Source: Basidiobolus meristosporus CBS 931.73
Taxonomy: Eukaryota > Fungi > Basidiobolomycota
NCBI GenBank assembly: GCA_002104905.1
Contig: MCFE01000312.1
Span: 33,429-97,428 of the forward strand
DNA: 64,000 bases
Reading direction: 5' to 3'
The position numbers were made by a program, and so were the translations under genes. Shown in pieces: positions 39,601 to 52,850 of this stretch; position 1 is the stretch's first letter; each line of letters starts with the position of its first letter. The notes beneath the pieces were generated by a model. That model saw only the letters and a list, made by a program, of their open reading frames with translations. It was not told where the DNA came from and made no database searches.

Positions 39601-42600
39601 TCTTATGCTGATGGTCAGGATGGTTCTGGAGTTGGTGATATATATCCTCCAAGCACAATTGGGGTGATAGTTTGCACATGAAAGTGAGGAAACAATATCC
39701 TGGATTCTTGGAATTGAAAATTTATCATTTTGGAGAAGTTTGCTCAGAGGTCCATGATCCAGACAGGGTCTCTTGAGAGTTAAATTCCTATCAGCATCTT
39801 TACTATGTGCAAGCATTGAAGGGCTGTTGAATGCTCTATTGACAGGGGCTTGAGTGATAATTCCATTGTCAGCCCACTTTTAGACTATTTCATCAACCAA
39901 GTGTTGGGCAGAATGTGGAATTGGGTATTGCCTCCTCCAAGTTGATTCCACAGGTGGTGTTTCTAGCATAACAATAAATTCTGGAATAGTACAGAAATGG
40001 TTCCTGGGAATGACTTGGTTTCTCTCTATGATCAACTGAATATTCAATTTGACTGATTCACAATATGCTTGAAAAGTTGGGGCCAACTCCTCTGTTCCAG
40101 ATGGGGTGAAATAGTCTCAGGAATCTGATCCATGATGGGCAGCAGAGATTTAGTGATTCCCGGATGTAAAACTGGTAGTCCGCCTATATAAAAGCCAAGT
40201 TTGGTGAAGGTGTCTAGACCTATAACTACCAGAGGTCCATCTGAAATGTCAATAACTTCCATTTGATGCATGATAGTTGTGGAACCATAATCTATGTTGA
40301 TTGGGTTGGTGATACCAATTTATGGTACTGAGAGGTCCTTAGCTACAAATATGATTTTTTCTGGTTGCTTTTCTATTTCCAATTTAAGTTCTTTGACTAC
40401 ATTAGGTGGAACAATAGAGTTGAATGATCCAGTATTCAGTAGCACTACAGATGATTGGTTGTTGAGTTTGAGTGGCACCTCTATAGCTGTTAGCGGCGCA
40501 ATTGGTTGCTTCTTTTCTTGAACAGTTGCAATTTTAGTTGGAATTTCTTAAACCATCAGTTCTTGATTTGCTTCCTCATACCCTGTCATTTCATTGGCTG
40601 AGCTTTCATCTAGGATCTGAGTAATATTTACCAATGGCTTAGAGTTCTTCTCAGGGCAGGCAGGTGATCTATGCCCCATCTTTCCAAATTTGAAGCATTT
40701 GTCATCAGCATGTGGATTATCAGCTCTGATATTTTGCTGCTTCTCTGATGTGTGTCCTGACATGTTTGACTGCTGAGTGATGCCTTTGCATTCACCAGTA
40801 GAGTGATAGCATTTTCCATGAGGCCCACAATGCTTGGTAGCAGTTGACTTCTTTTGTGTCACATGACTGCACTTTTTTTGGTTTTTGCTGCATCTTGAGT
40901 AGAGTTGCCTGAGGCCTGGCTAACAGCCGCAGTCATGGTGTTTGTAAGTGTGAATATCTCTGAGATTTTGTTATAAGTGTGTGCAGGGTTGCATGCTTTG
41001 ACAATAGCAATATTACTCAGTAGCTGGTGTGTAAAGTTTAAAAGAAAATGAGAAGTAAGCAATGGATTGTCATCACTAACACCAGCTAGTCTCATTTGTC
41101 TCCGTAGTCTATCACAAAAGTGTAGCACAGATTTACCTTTTTGCATTTTATTATTCCCTATATTGCAGTTTAGATGCTCTTTCTTGATGGGATCATCAAA
41201 ATGGCCACAAAAGAGGTTTTGGGCAATTTTCCACACACTATTGGAAGGAATGTTTACTTCAACCCAGTCAGCATCTTGCAAGGTGAGACAGTGAGGCAGA
41301 GTCTAGTCTAATGGTGTCAGGGTCTGGCTGGTGTGCAGCTGAGACATGACTAAACTTGTAAACAAACTAAGTAGGATTCTTTATGGCACTGACTCCTTCA
41401 ACATAAGGAGGCAAGATCTTGGGACAACCACCGGGGCAGGTCTAGAGGAAGATGTAGATCTGGAGGATCCAAAGGCATGACTTCTTGGTGGCTGATGCAG
41501 AGCAAGGCTTGGCTAATTTTTAATGCTGTCAATTGCAATAGCAACATTCTCCAGGGCTTCTTAGATAATTACAAGTTCATCTTGTTAACTGGAAATAACT
41601 TCAAGAGGTTTATCTCTACAATGACTCTAAGATCTTGTTTTGGCAGGCATTGAGTGCTCAAGCATCAAAGTGTTTATTTCATGCATGATGTTTTCAAGCT
41701 TTTCAATTAGTTCTTCCTGATTTCTGTGGGCTACTTCCAAGATGGAAAGATTTGGATTGCTTGCTGCTGAGGACATATTGTGAAGTGGTTGGATGTAATG
41801 GAATTCATTGAAAGAAATGTTGTATCCAAGAGAAAGTGTAATACACTCTGGCATAAGTTAACTGGACCCAAGTGACAACTAAGTGAAGAATCTTAGGATT
41901 GTTAAGAGCAACAGATATATTAGCAGAGAAGCTCTGGTCTAAAACTGGTGTTGCATAAAGCTGAGTTGGGCTATAAATGCAACAGAGTTGGTTTGCTATG
42001 CACGCTAAGCTTGGTGCTCTTGAGAGTGCTAGATATGCTGGGTGTGAGTAGGAACTAGAACAAATTGTTGAATTCCTAATTTTGCTGAGGCACAATCTTA
42101 GTTTTGTTGAGACACACACTAAACAAAAAGGTTCAGTAAAATCTATTCATATCTTTCTGATCAAGTTGTATTAATAAGTACCAAGGGACAGGACTAATTG
42201 CGTTGTGATCTACTGTTTGAATATATAAGTTAGATCAGTTTTTAGTCAAATCAATTAGTTACATGTTTGACCTATCAGTATATCAGGGTTATCTATCAAG
42301 TCAATAGCATTAGTCAGCAAATGAATCAGCAGATCCTTATCAGACAGAAATAGATATAATAAGATGGATCTTATTGGGCAATGATGATGTAAGCAAATGA
42401 GTCATCAGCCACAACCTACATTAGGAAACACAATTCAGTCAGCATTTGATCTGGCAAAATGTATACAAGGAGCTGCTGGGACCTCTATAATAATCAGTTC
42501 AAGTTCTAGTGAATACAATCCTAGCTAAACTCCCTTTTCCTCTACAACTCTTATTCCCAGACTTGTAACTATTGAAATCTGTTGGTGTGTTCTTAGGTGC

Positions 42601-42885
42601 ATAAGATAAATGAGCAATTGCATCATTAATCAGCTGATGTCTTGGCAACTGCTAAGTGGCTGGATAGATTGCAGATGACTAATCATTTGGAAAGGCTTAC
42701 TAGATCAGTTGAGAACATAATGACCACATCAAATTGATCAAGTGTGAAAGCTAAAAATTGATTCTGAGAAGTTATGAAATAAACCATAACTGTGATTATT
42801 TATGATTGGGTTAGGGAAAATCAGTTAGGGTACTAGACTCTCCAGCAGAGTAAATAGGCTAAGCTTTAAATGTTGATGCACAGCA
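36621..42885 (-). mobile_element. Full-length decayed chromoviral Gypsy LTR retrotransposon
   Basis: LTRs 36621-37316 and 41818-42885; TSD ACAAT/ATAAT; PPT GGGAGGAAGTGA. Order gag (ATG 41776, CCHC-like knuckle), PR, RT (VFVDD), RNaseH, IN (IAIDLAG, KLDPKYEGPF), chromodomain (YAVEAIMDH..YLVKWNGY). Many stops. Confidence 0.95.
42201..42570 (+). mobile_element. LTR-W solo copy in the Gypsy 5' LTR
   Basis: Homologous to 45269-45637; TSD ATTG/ATTG. Confidence 0.9.
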
Positions 42886-45268
42886 ATAATACTATTGCAC
42901 CAATTTACCAATTGGGTTTTCCTTTTTTACCTCCCACTGGGTCATTCATGTTTGCACTGTAAAATCATACCTCTTGACCTGCTTACCCACTGCTACCTTG
43001 ATTATTCCCATATAGCTTAAATCAATAAGTACTACAACCTTCTGCTTAGTAACTTCCACAGACACACACACCCGCTGCAGTTGATACACTTCTAAAATTG
43101 TACTTGGAAGGTTTCCATATATTTTGATTGCTGGTAACTTATGCATCTGGCAAACATATGCTTGTTAGCCACCACTTTTGCCATGAATACCTTCTCAATA
43201 ACTGCAAAGAACTTTTTGGTATGTCAGCAATATATTCTTTGTCCCTGCTAGATTCTGATCCCGCTTATAGGTGTGCTCTACCACTTGTTTGAGTGAATTG
43301 CATACTGAAGGGTATAGAAACATGCTTGTGACCAAGAGAAGTCCATTGTACTTTGGTAGTGTTGCTCTAATAAAAATTAGTTACCTGCTACACCAAACCA
43401 AAACTTACATTACTCAACTGATTACCCACACATTAGAGCTGCTTAGCTTCTCAATGCCAAAGGCATAGGTGTCTCCATATGCACATGTGACCTTGGTATT
43501 TTCCCACTCTTCCTGGCTGTCCGCCATGTGCTCACTCATCTTGTCCATGACATACTTAAAGGTAATATCCTTGATGAGATTAGGATATGGTAGTATGTGC
43601 AACTTGGATTAGCATCATATCACCCCACACATCTGCTCCATAGGAAACTCCCAAAGCATGAAGCAAGGTTTAATATATTCCACACACCAGGCAGGATGGA
43701 GCAGAAATTGTATACAGTAGTGGCAGAGACTGACACATTCATCATTGTGTTTGTAGCATAGCCACTTAAATCCTAAATCAAGCTCTTTGGATAAAAGCTG
43801 TAGATACAGTGAGTTGGCATTGGTCATCCACATCTAGATAAATATTCCTACAATGTCCACATATAACTCCCAATGCTTTCAATGTATTCTTGGTAGATAT
43901 GCTTCAGATGGCCTCTTGAGTAAATCATATTCCATTCATCCAGTATTTACTTTTGTGTTGTTGCATATGCATATGATTGTTGATTGGAGCCAGTGAGAAT
44001 ACTTAGGGTAGCCAATACTCTGTAACATTTTGCTAATTGTTTCAAATTTCTCCAGTATGTCAAAAGGCTCATTTAGCTTAAGATGCCTCATGTGCAGCTT
44101 GGTCATCAATATAGGGATATTGTTGAAGAGCAAATGCATTGCACTCAGTGGAAAGCTCTTGCTCCAACAAATGCCCTCTATCTTAAGTATCTCTGGCTTC
44201 TGATGAATTCCATATTCCAGCAATGGCTTAAAGCTTGCCAACTTTATTGCCATTGCATGCTGATGTCAGTATATTCTCTCTGTGCAACAACAATACTCTG
44301 TGTGTTGGTGTTTGATAATAATAATGTGAGTGAGTTATGGATAAAGTCCCCTGGATCTCACACATTCAACCACAATACCATCCATGCTGCCAAGAAAAGC
44401 CAGCTATCATGCTAATGGCTGAGGTATCTCCACTGCAGATAACAATATGCACTTTGACATAATGGCCATTGACTAGTATCCTGCTTAAAGCTTGAAAATT
44501 TCATCCAGCAATGGATACAGGTTGCTATCCAGGTTGGGTAGTGATTTAGACCCAGGTACCAGTGAGGTGGTATATAAGTCCAAGGGAGAGATAAGTCCAA
44601 CACTTCTCAAGTGTTTTGTGTGTGGGGTGCTCACTGGGTGCAATAACATCTGGCAAAAGCTTGCTAGGAACACTTGGGTTCTGTCTCTATACTTAATTGA
44701 AGGGGAATAAAGTCACAAGCTTGTCAAGGGAAAACTATTAAGCTACAATCCCCAAATTAGTTGGCATCTTAACAAAAGTATGTGCTGGGTTCAGCATCCT
44801 TTGAGATGACAATGTACTAAGGCTTCCAAAGTCAAAACAACTGTAAACTCCACCAGCAGGGACTTGATAAGAATGCAGCCATGGTCAATAGTTACAAAGA
44901 CAGAGAAGTATCTTTGCCTGTACAAGAACAAGCTTGGGAAAGAATCTAATATAATAAAAGATACCTACTCTGAGTATTCCGCACAAGTAGTGCCTCCAAG
45001 GTCAGTTGGCTGACAGCACGGTTTCCTGGGAGTGTCCTGTGGTCTGGGGCTGGAAACTCAGGTAGCAGTAGGTAGCAATGATCATACTAATTAACAAGTT
45101 GGTATATTGATAAAAGGGATGATGATTTATTGTTGAGGGATAGCATCCCTTATATACTTTTCTTACTGACTAAGTGATTATTAATCATGATGTTCCACAA
45201 GGTTCTGGATATCAATAGAAGTCTTAATGACATCAGAATGACCTAAGAATGCTCTAAGTAGGTGCCAG

Positions 45269-45637
45269 TGTTATGATCTGCCGCTTGAATGTTTAAGTTA
45301 GATCAGTTTTTAGTCAAATCAACTAGTATATGTTTTAGGTTATCAGTATATCAGTATTATCTATGAAATCAGTAGCATTAGTCAGCAAATGAATCAGCAG
45401 ATCCTTATCAGACAGAAATAGATATATTAAGTAGGATCTTATTGGGTGATGATGATGCAATCAAATGAGTCATCAGCCACAACCAACATTAGGAAATACA
45501 ATTAGTCAGCAATTGATCTGGCAAAATGTATATAAGGAGCTGCTGGAACCTCAATAAAAATCAGTTCAAGTTTTAGTGAATACAATACTAGCTAAACTCC
45601 CTATTCCTCTACAACTCTTATACCAAGACTTGTAGCA
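45269..45637 (+). mobile_element. LTR-W solo copy, 369 bp
   Basis: TGTTATG...GTAGCA; TATA (tgtatataagg) and AATAAA; TSD CCAG/CCAG. Confidence 0.9.
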
Positions 45638-45714
45638 CCAGAGGGTTCTAAGAGACAAAGCAAGTCCAACCAATTAGGAATCAGTACTCTGAAACCTTTG
45701 TAACATAGGGATAC

Positions 45715-46083
45715 TGTTGAAATATTGGACTATTTGGCATCATTCAGCAGCTAAAAATTTACTTAACAATTCTAGGCTAGTCTTAGTCACTGTAGGACTC
45801 ATTTACTGCCTTAACTTTGCCACTTTCTCCAGATATATGATCTTATGATTATTCCCCTACAGTCAGGATCAAATTAGCACTATTACCAAGCATTATGTAC
45901 TAACCCTGAAACTGTTACAGAATGCTCCTGAATATTGAGAAACCCTCCCTACTTAGTGTTGCAGCTGTATTACTTCTACAAAGGTATAAATACTGAGCTT
46001 CTTTATGAATAAACAACAGTTCAACTATTATCACTATTTCTTGATAAGTTCCTTATATCCAAATCACTTCTTAAATTGCAACA
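45715..46083 (+). mobile_element. Copia-1 solo LTR, 369 bp
   Basis: ~96% identical by eye to 57694-58062; TSD GATAC/GATAC. Confidence 0.95.
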
Positions 46084-48749
46084 GATACCATACATGGTAT
46101 GGAAATGGTTGGGGTGGTGACACAAGTTGATCATGTGTTACAGGTACTGGCGTTGATACTTGCCCAATATAGAGGCATTTACAGGCATTATATGTTACAT
46201 CAAGTGAGGGATAACTTCTGCAATAAGGTAAGCTGATGGGATAGTCAACCAACCTACGGGATAGTACTGATCAGGTAAGACAAGTTGGATAAAACCAAAA
46301 TCAGTGTAGTGGAGATATAGGGAAGTAGAAAATATGGGAATGAGCACATCTGTCAGTGGGTGTCACTGTGACCCTACTACACCAGTGGGAGTACCCTGAG
46401 ATTTGTGCTCTGATACCACTAGATAGGTGGCTGATTCAGGTTGATGAGAATTAGTGACCAGCAGGATTTGCTGGTAGTGTACTTGTTAAATGAGAATCCA
46501 TCAAGTGCCAAGACAAAGGCATGGTAATACATACCTTCAAAGTAGCCCTTGCTACTTAGTTGCTTGGAATGTTTTCCATCAGATATATTGGAAATGTTTG
46601 TGCTTGATTAATTGTCAGCAAGGTACTTTATAGCTTCACAGAAGTCTTTGGACTTCATGAGCTTCTTTGGAAAGGGTTTTACAGTAATATATCTGGAGTG
46701 TGATCATTGTTTTCCCCCAATGGTGGTGGATTCCTACAAGTTGGACACCTTGCAATGATGGTATTTTTTGATGTAAATGCCATGCAACTATTGATACATG
46801 CTGGTATTAGGATGGTCTCTGGGTTATATGTTGCCAGCTGTATGACAGTTGCTCATTTGTAACATGTACATGGTAAGTTGCATTTTGAAATGATTTTAAC
46901 AATAAGCAGAAGTAAATCCTCAAAGCCTCCATTATTGATATGAGTGGAAACGCGCCACTTCTCTAGCCACAACATCAGATCATCCACCTGTAGTTGGATT
47001 AATGGGCTCACTTGGCTCCTAAAGTAACCTTGGCTTTTTTTTCCATGGGTGTTGTCTTATTGCACATTGAAATCTTGCTGGGCTCATGCATGGTACCGCT
47101 GTAAGGGGAGATAGGCTCACATTACATTAGTAACCCTTCTTCTTCAGAGCTATCACTCTGCATACCATATTCAGAAGACTGAGGTGAGCCTAAAGGCTTT
47201 GCAAACTCACATGACGCAGTTTGCACAAGGTGACAAGTATGGCTAGGTGCTGTAATAGGAGTATCAAGTGACTGGCAAGATATTGTTGGTACAGTTGTTA
47301 CTGATGAATGGTCAAATATTACTTGTGATGCAAAACACTGGCAGTGATCCTTGACATACTTCCTATGCTGATGGCATGCTTCATAGCTGAGAGGCTTGGT
47401 AAAATAGCCATATGGTCTTTTTTCTCTTCTCTTACAGCATTGAATCAAAGTAGTCTTGTCCATGGGGCAAACAGTTTGACACACAACTGCAGAACACTAT
47501 TATATCATTTTTTTGTCCATACTCATATGTGCTTAAAATATTCTTGTATTTGAGGCATAGCACATACATAAATGTAATATCTAATGATGACCTGCCATAG
47601 TAAGCATTACAAATAAAACTGTGGCACCACATACTCAAATGCATTGAACATTATTCACCATTTGGTTTTACTCACTTTCATACATATGTTGCTAAAATAT
47701 AAAGCAAAGATGTGTGGCTCTCAGTCAAGTAGACAAACAAGAATCTCCGCAGAATAGCAAGTTGATCATAGTTATTGGGTAGATGAGAATGTGACAAATG
47801 CAGTACATTTGGTTGAAGACCAGCAAGTGGCCTTTAAAACTTCACCACCACCCATATCTGCAAGTAAGTTGTCAGCTCATACCAAAGCATTAATGAGGCA
47901 ATTAGGTGCAGTGGCTAATAGGATAGATGCTCTGGCACAGAGAAATCAGCAAGTAGTCCAGTAACAGGATTAGCAGATAATACAGGTAGAGCAATCAACT
48001 CCCCAGGTAGGCAAAGACAGTATCTTTGCTGTAAATAAGGAAATCAGGTAGCTCAATGTCACAGCCAAGAATGGAGCCATTTCCTGAAGGAACATCATAT
48101 ACTCTTTGAAGCACAATAACAGTGCCCAAAGATAACACCCACAGAAATACCTATCACAGCATGGGAGAGAGAAACCATGATGTTTATACCAAAGCCTAAG
48201 AATCCATAAACACTGAAGATCTGTGAAGCCATTGAGTGCAATAATGAAGCATGGAATGATATTCATGAGCCAGTGAGAAGTCTTGCATGCCATCACTTTA
48301 AGGTCAGCATACCATGGGACCATCAGGAACTTAAGGTTGAGCAGAATGTGCTCAATTTGTTGTGTGAGAATTATCCTGGATTCAAGCAAGCAAATGAATT
48401 TTGGGTTGCATTGGTATGTTAAGAGGTTATAGCAGAAACTATCAAAGGCAAAAGAACAAGGGTGCAATGGCTAAGAACTAGCAGCTCCCTCTAGAGCCTG
48501 TTACAAGCGCGGCCAAAAGCTCTTAACAAGCATCAAAAAGAAGTCATGTAGCTGGAATAGTGCCAACAAGGGACAAGCAGGCAGATACAGAGGCCCCAGC
48601 ACTACACTTATCAAGGAAAAAGTATATTTCCACTTAAGAAGCATTCAGTCAAAGTAGCAGTAGAGGACCTAGCAGTGATTAAACCAGTGGCTGCCTCAGG
48701 AGCCTGATGCAACTAGGGCTAAGAGCTCAAAACAAGCAGATAGAAACAT

Positions 48750-49819
48750 TATAGTGGGGTCACAGTGACACCCATTGACAGATGTGCTCATTCCCATATT
48801 TTCTACTTCCCTATTTCTCTACTACACTTCTTTTAGTTTTATCCCATTTGTCTACACTTGATCAGTACTATTCCATAAGCCAGCTGACTATCACACCTGC
48901 TTACCATATTGCATAGGTATCCCTCACTTTATGTAAGATTACTCTCTGTAAGTGCTTCTATATCAGGGAAGCACCCACCCCAGTACCTGTGACATATGTT
49001 CAAGCTGTGTCACCATCCCTACCACTTCTATATCATATAGGGTATCCCTGTGTTACACAGGTTTAAAGTACTGATTCCTGATTGGTTGAATATGCTGTGC
49101 CTCTTAGAACCTTCTGGCATCTACTTAGAATACACTTAGCTCATTCTGATGTCATTAAGATTTCTATTGATCTCCAGAACCTTTGAGAACACCATGATTT
49201 GTAATCACTTAGCCAGTGAGAAAAGTATATAAAGGAGGCAATCCCTCAACAATAAATCTTCATCCCTTTTATCAATATACTGTCTTGTTGATTAGTGTGA
49301 TCACTGCTACCTGCTGCTACCTGAATTTCCAGCCCCAGACCACAGGACACTCCCAGGAAACTGTGCTGACAGCCTACTGACCTTGGAGGCACTACTTGTG
49401 AGGAATACTCAGAGTAGGTATCTTTTATTATATTAGATTCTTTCCCAAGCTTGTTCTTGTACAGGCAAAGATACTTCTCTGTCTTTGTAACTATTGACCA
49501 TGGCTGCATTCTTATCAAGTCCCTGCTGGTGGAGTTTACAGTTGTTTTGACTTTAGAAGCCTTAGTACACTGTCATATCAAAGGATGTTGAGCGCAGCAC
49601 ATACTATTGTTAAGACACCAACTAAGTTGGGAATTGTAGCTCAATAGTTTTCCCTTGACAAGCTTGTGGCTTTATTCCCCTTCAATTAAGTATAGAGACA
49701 AAATCCAAGTATTCCTAGCAAGGTTTTGCCATAGGTGATTGCACCCAGTGAACACCCCACATACAAAACACTTGAGAAGTGCTGGATGTATCACTCCCTA
49801 GGACATATACACCACCACA
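48750..49819 (+). mobile_element. LTR-X solo copy, 1070 bp
   Basis: tatagtgggg...caccaccaca; gtatataaagg followed by caataaa gives the sense orientation; flanks ACAT/ATGT. Confidence 0.9.
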
Positions 49820-50989
49820 ATGTCAGGTTTCCAGTAGAGTGCCTGCAAGGGACAAGCAGGCCAGAACACAATCACCTGAACAGTATTTGCCAATGAGAAA
49901 ACACAGGTCAATACAGGAAGCACTCAGACAAAGTAGCAATGTTGGACCTGGCAGTTACAAAGGAAAAGGTAAAGGGAAAAAGTTCTGTCCAAGCCAGAGA
50001 CATGGAAACACAAGAAAAGAGCTGCAGCTGTTGCCAGTTGATTCAATAAGTCCAGAACAGACTGTTCCCCAGCATAGCCAAGAAGAATTACCAACAAGAA
50101 AACAGTGTTTTCACAACAGTTGGAAGTGCAGCAAGTTGAGCTACATTCCAGTTAGGTGAATGAGTTTGCAGGGAAAAGCAATTTGTCAACTACTGCCTCC
50201 ACATCATGCATTATATACAGAGTGGAGATCCCACTCACAAACAAAGCAATAACAACAAGAATTTAAATGACTATTGCAATGCCCTGAGTGAAATTTTGGA
50301 GCATTAAAAGCTACTCCAAGAGGTTGCTGCACCTCTTTAAGAGCAGTGCTCAAGAAAATGCACTTTAATATTGCTAGGACTTATTTTAAAGACTGATAGA
50401 TAGGGTTCTAGACCTTGCAGCTCTAGCTGCAGGCCAGGACATATGGGAACCAGTGAATGAACAGTGGCATAAAGTGGTTGAGTTCCAGCCAAAGTCATAG
50501 AAACAGAGCATTACAGCAGAAATACATATTGAGCAATGGATTTTAATGGAGTTACTTGTTGAATGTGGGGTTTAGCTCAATATTAGTGTAGGGTATAGGG
50601 ACTTGTATAGGTCAATACAATTGGCAATTGAGGTACAACTTAATATTCAATGGAAATAAATTGATTTGCATGTCTGAAATGTATGAGATATGGTTGAATC
50701 AAAAAGTACTGAGTGTGAAAGAGAGGCAATAGCCAATCAATATGCACAAACATAGAAGGTAATTGTGTGTCTGGGAGCAGATAGTGAGAGTATTGGGAGT
50801 CAACCAATCAAAAGCCACTAATGTATTGTTATGATGCAAACTTTTGACCAAGTTTTTTGTGAATCTGCCGTACATTTGTTTCTTGATGGCCTTTGCACAA
50901 TGTTCTGGTGGGATCAATACCTCTTAATTATGGAGCTTTAAACTTGTGACAGCCTTTTGGCACAATCATTGCAATAGTTTTCATAGTGC

Positions 50990-52040
50990 TGTGATGGTGT
51001 GTAAGTCCTAGGGAGTGATACATCCAACACTTATCAAGTGTTTTGTGTGTGGGGTGTTCACTGGGTGCAATCACCTATGGCAAAACCTTGCTAGGAATAC
51101 TTGGATTTTGTCTCTATACTTAATTGAAGGGGAATAAAGCCACAAGCTTGTCAAGGGAAAACTATTGAGCTACAATTCCCAACTTAGTTGGTGTCTTAAC
51201 AATAGTATGTGCTGGGCTCAACATCCTTTGATATGACAGTGTACTAAGGCTTCTAAAGTCAAAACAACTGTAAACTCCACCAGCAGGGACTTGATAAGAA
51301 TGCAGCCATGGTCAATAGTTACAAAGACAGAGAAGTATCTTTGCCTGTACAAGAACAAGCTTGGGAAAGAATCTAATATAATAAAAGATACCTACTCTGA
51401 GTATTCCTCACAAGTAGTGCCTCCAAGGTCAGTAGGCTGTCAGCACAGTTTCCTGGGAGTGTCCTGTGGTCTGGGGCTGGAAATTCAGGTAGCAGCAGGT
51501 AGCAGTGATCACACTAATCAACAAGACAGTATATTGATAAAAGGGATGAAGATTTATTGTTGAGGGATTGCCTCCCTTATATACTTTTCTCACTGGCTAA
51601 GTGATCACTAATCATGATGTTCCAGAAGATTCCAGAAATCAATAGAAGTCTTAATGACATCAGTATGAGCTAAGAGTATTCTAAGTAGGTGCCAGAAGGG
51701 TTGAAGAGGCACAGCACATCCAACCAATCAGGAATCAGATCTCTGAAACCTGTGTAACATAGGGATACCACCTATGGTATGGAAATGGTAGGGATGGTGA
51801 CACAGGCTGACTATGTGTTGTGGGTACTGGTGCAGGTACTTGCCTGGTTTAGATGAATATAGTGAAGGATAACTTAAGCAATAAGGTCAGCAGGTGTGAT
51901 AGTCAGCTGGCTTATGGGATAGTACTGATCAGGTGTAGACAAATGGGACAAAACTAAAAGAAGAGTAGTAGAGAAATAAGCAAGTAGAAAATATGGGAAT
52001 GAGCACATTTGTCAGTGGGTGTCACTGTGATCCCACTATA
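50990..52040 (-). mobile_element. LTR-X solo copy, 1051 bp, inverted relative to 48750-49819
   Basis: tgtgatgg...cccactata; flanks GTGC/GCAC; inserted at the very end of the CACTA TIR. Confidence 0.9.
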
Positions 52041-52044
52041 GCAC

Positions 52045-52390
52045 CAAGCACACCTATAAGGGGGACTAGAGTTCAGCAGAGAGATAGAATGTATTGGCTA
52101 AATACCAAATAGTACTTTGCAGGTATTCAATAGGTATTGATGCCAAAAGCAGTGGCAACCAAGCATATGTTTGCAAGATGTGTATATACCAGCAATACAA
52201 GGTATATGGCAACTTTGCAAGTATTACACTGTAAAGCTGTATAGTTGGGGTGATAGAAGTGTGCAGCAGGTGTGTGCATACATAGTGGTTAGTAAGCAGT
52301 AGCCATAATTTTTTTGACTTGATTATATGCTGAATACCCAAGGTAGTTATGGGTAAGCAAATGAAGAGAGGTGTTTTTACCAAAGTCAAG
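52045..52390 (+). mobile_element. CACTA-1 3' region remnant
   Basis: Homologous to 56650-56990; continues the host cut at 36239. Confidence 0.8.
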
Positions 52391-52589
52391 GGAAAAGAAT
52401 GTTACAGTGGAAATACTTATTGGATGGTGATTTTAGTGGAGATGTGTTGCACCTAACCTATTTGAGGAGGTCTAGATGTGTGAGTTAGGAGAACTCAGCT
52501 ACTGCATAGGTATAAGGTTCTCTACTGACAGAAGTACCCAGACTAACACCCTAAGCTAGTCCAATTAAATTTGAGATATATCTAAAAAG

Positions 52590-52800
52590 GACTAAATGGA
52601 TGATTGTAAACTAGCAGCTCCCCCAAAGGATTCTATCCTTAACTTTGTCAACACACAATAAAATCAAGAGAGGTGGGTGAGATCTAAATGCCTAGAATTC
52701 TCTTACCAATCTATAGTCAGCAGTCTATTGTATATCACACTTGGAACACCTCCACTTATCTCATGCTCAGTGGGAGCTGACAGTCAGCATATTCAGAGCT
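52590..52800 (+). mobile_element. Copia RT C-terminal remnant
   Basis: SYQSIVSSLLYITLGTPPLISCSVG resembles the Copia YQSIVGSLLYL..GTRPDISYSVG motif. Confidence 0.65.
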
Positions 52801-52850
52801 ATGAGTCTAATTACATTGCAGCATTTATTGCATATTTAAATATTTATAAG

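Larger units (their letters stand above)
44563..46381 (-). mobile_element. LTR-X solo copy carrying LTR-W and Copia-1 solo LTRs
   Basis: tgaggtgg...cctactaca; TSD CCAG/CCAG; interrupts the CACTA transposase. Confidence 0.9.
36240..50988. mobile_element. Near-complete CACTA-1 (~5.6 kb net) with nested Gypsy, LTR-X, LTR-W and Copia-1 LTR
   Basis: Left end CACTTCAAGAAAA; right end reverse complement CACTATGAAAAC. Transposase on minus (47500 to 43300; ALDGF, SCWSLILINLNQPP), ORF2 on plus (47700-50660). The flanks are two halves of an older CACTA 3' region; TSD not clean. Confidence 0.8.

Noticed and set aside
49246-51563. Identical 90-aa ORFs (49246-49518 and 51291-51563) as a duplicated gene
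   Set aside because: They start at a non-ATG codon and are antisense within LTR-X. The frame is broken in other copies (e.g. 44.9-45.1 kb), and the identity is explained by the shared tract.
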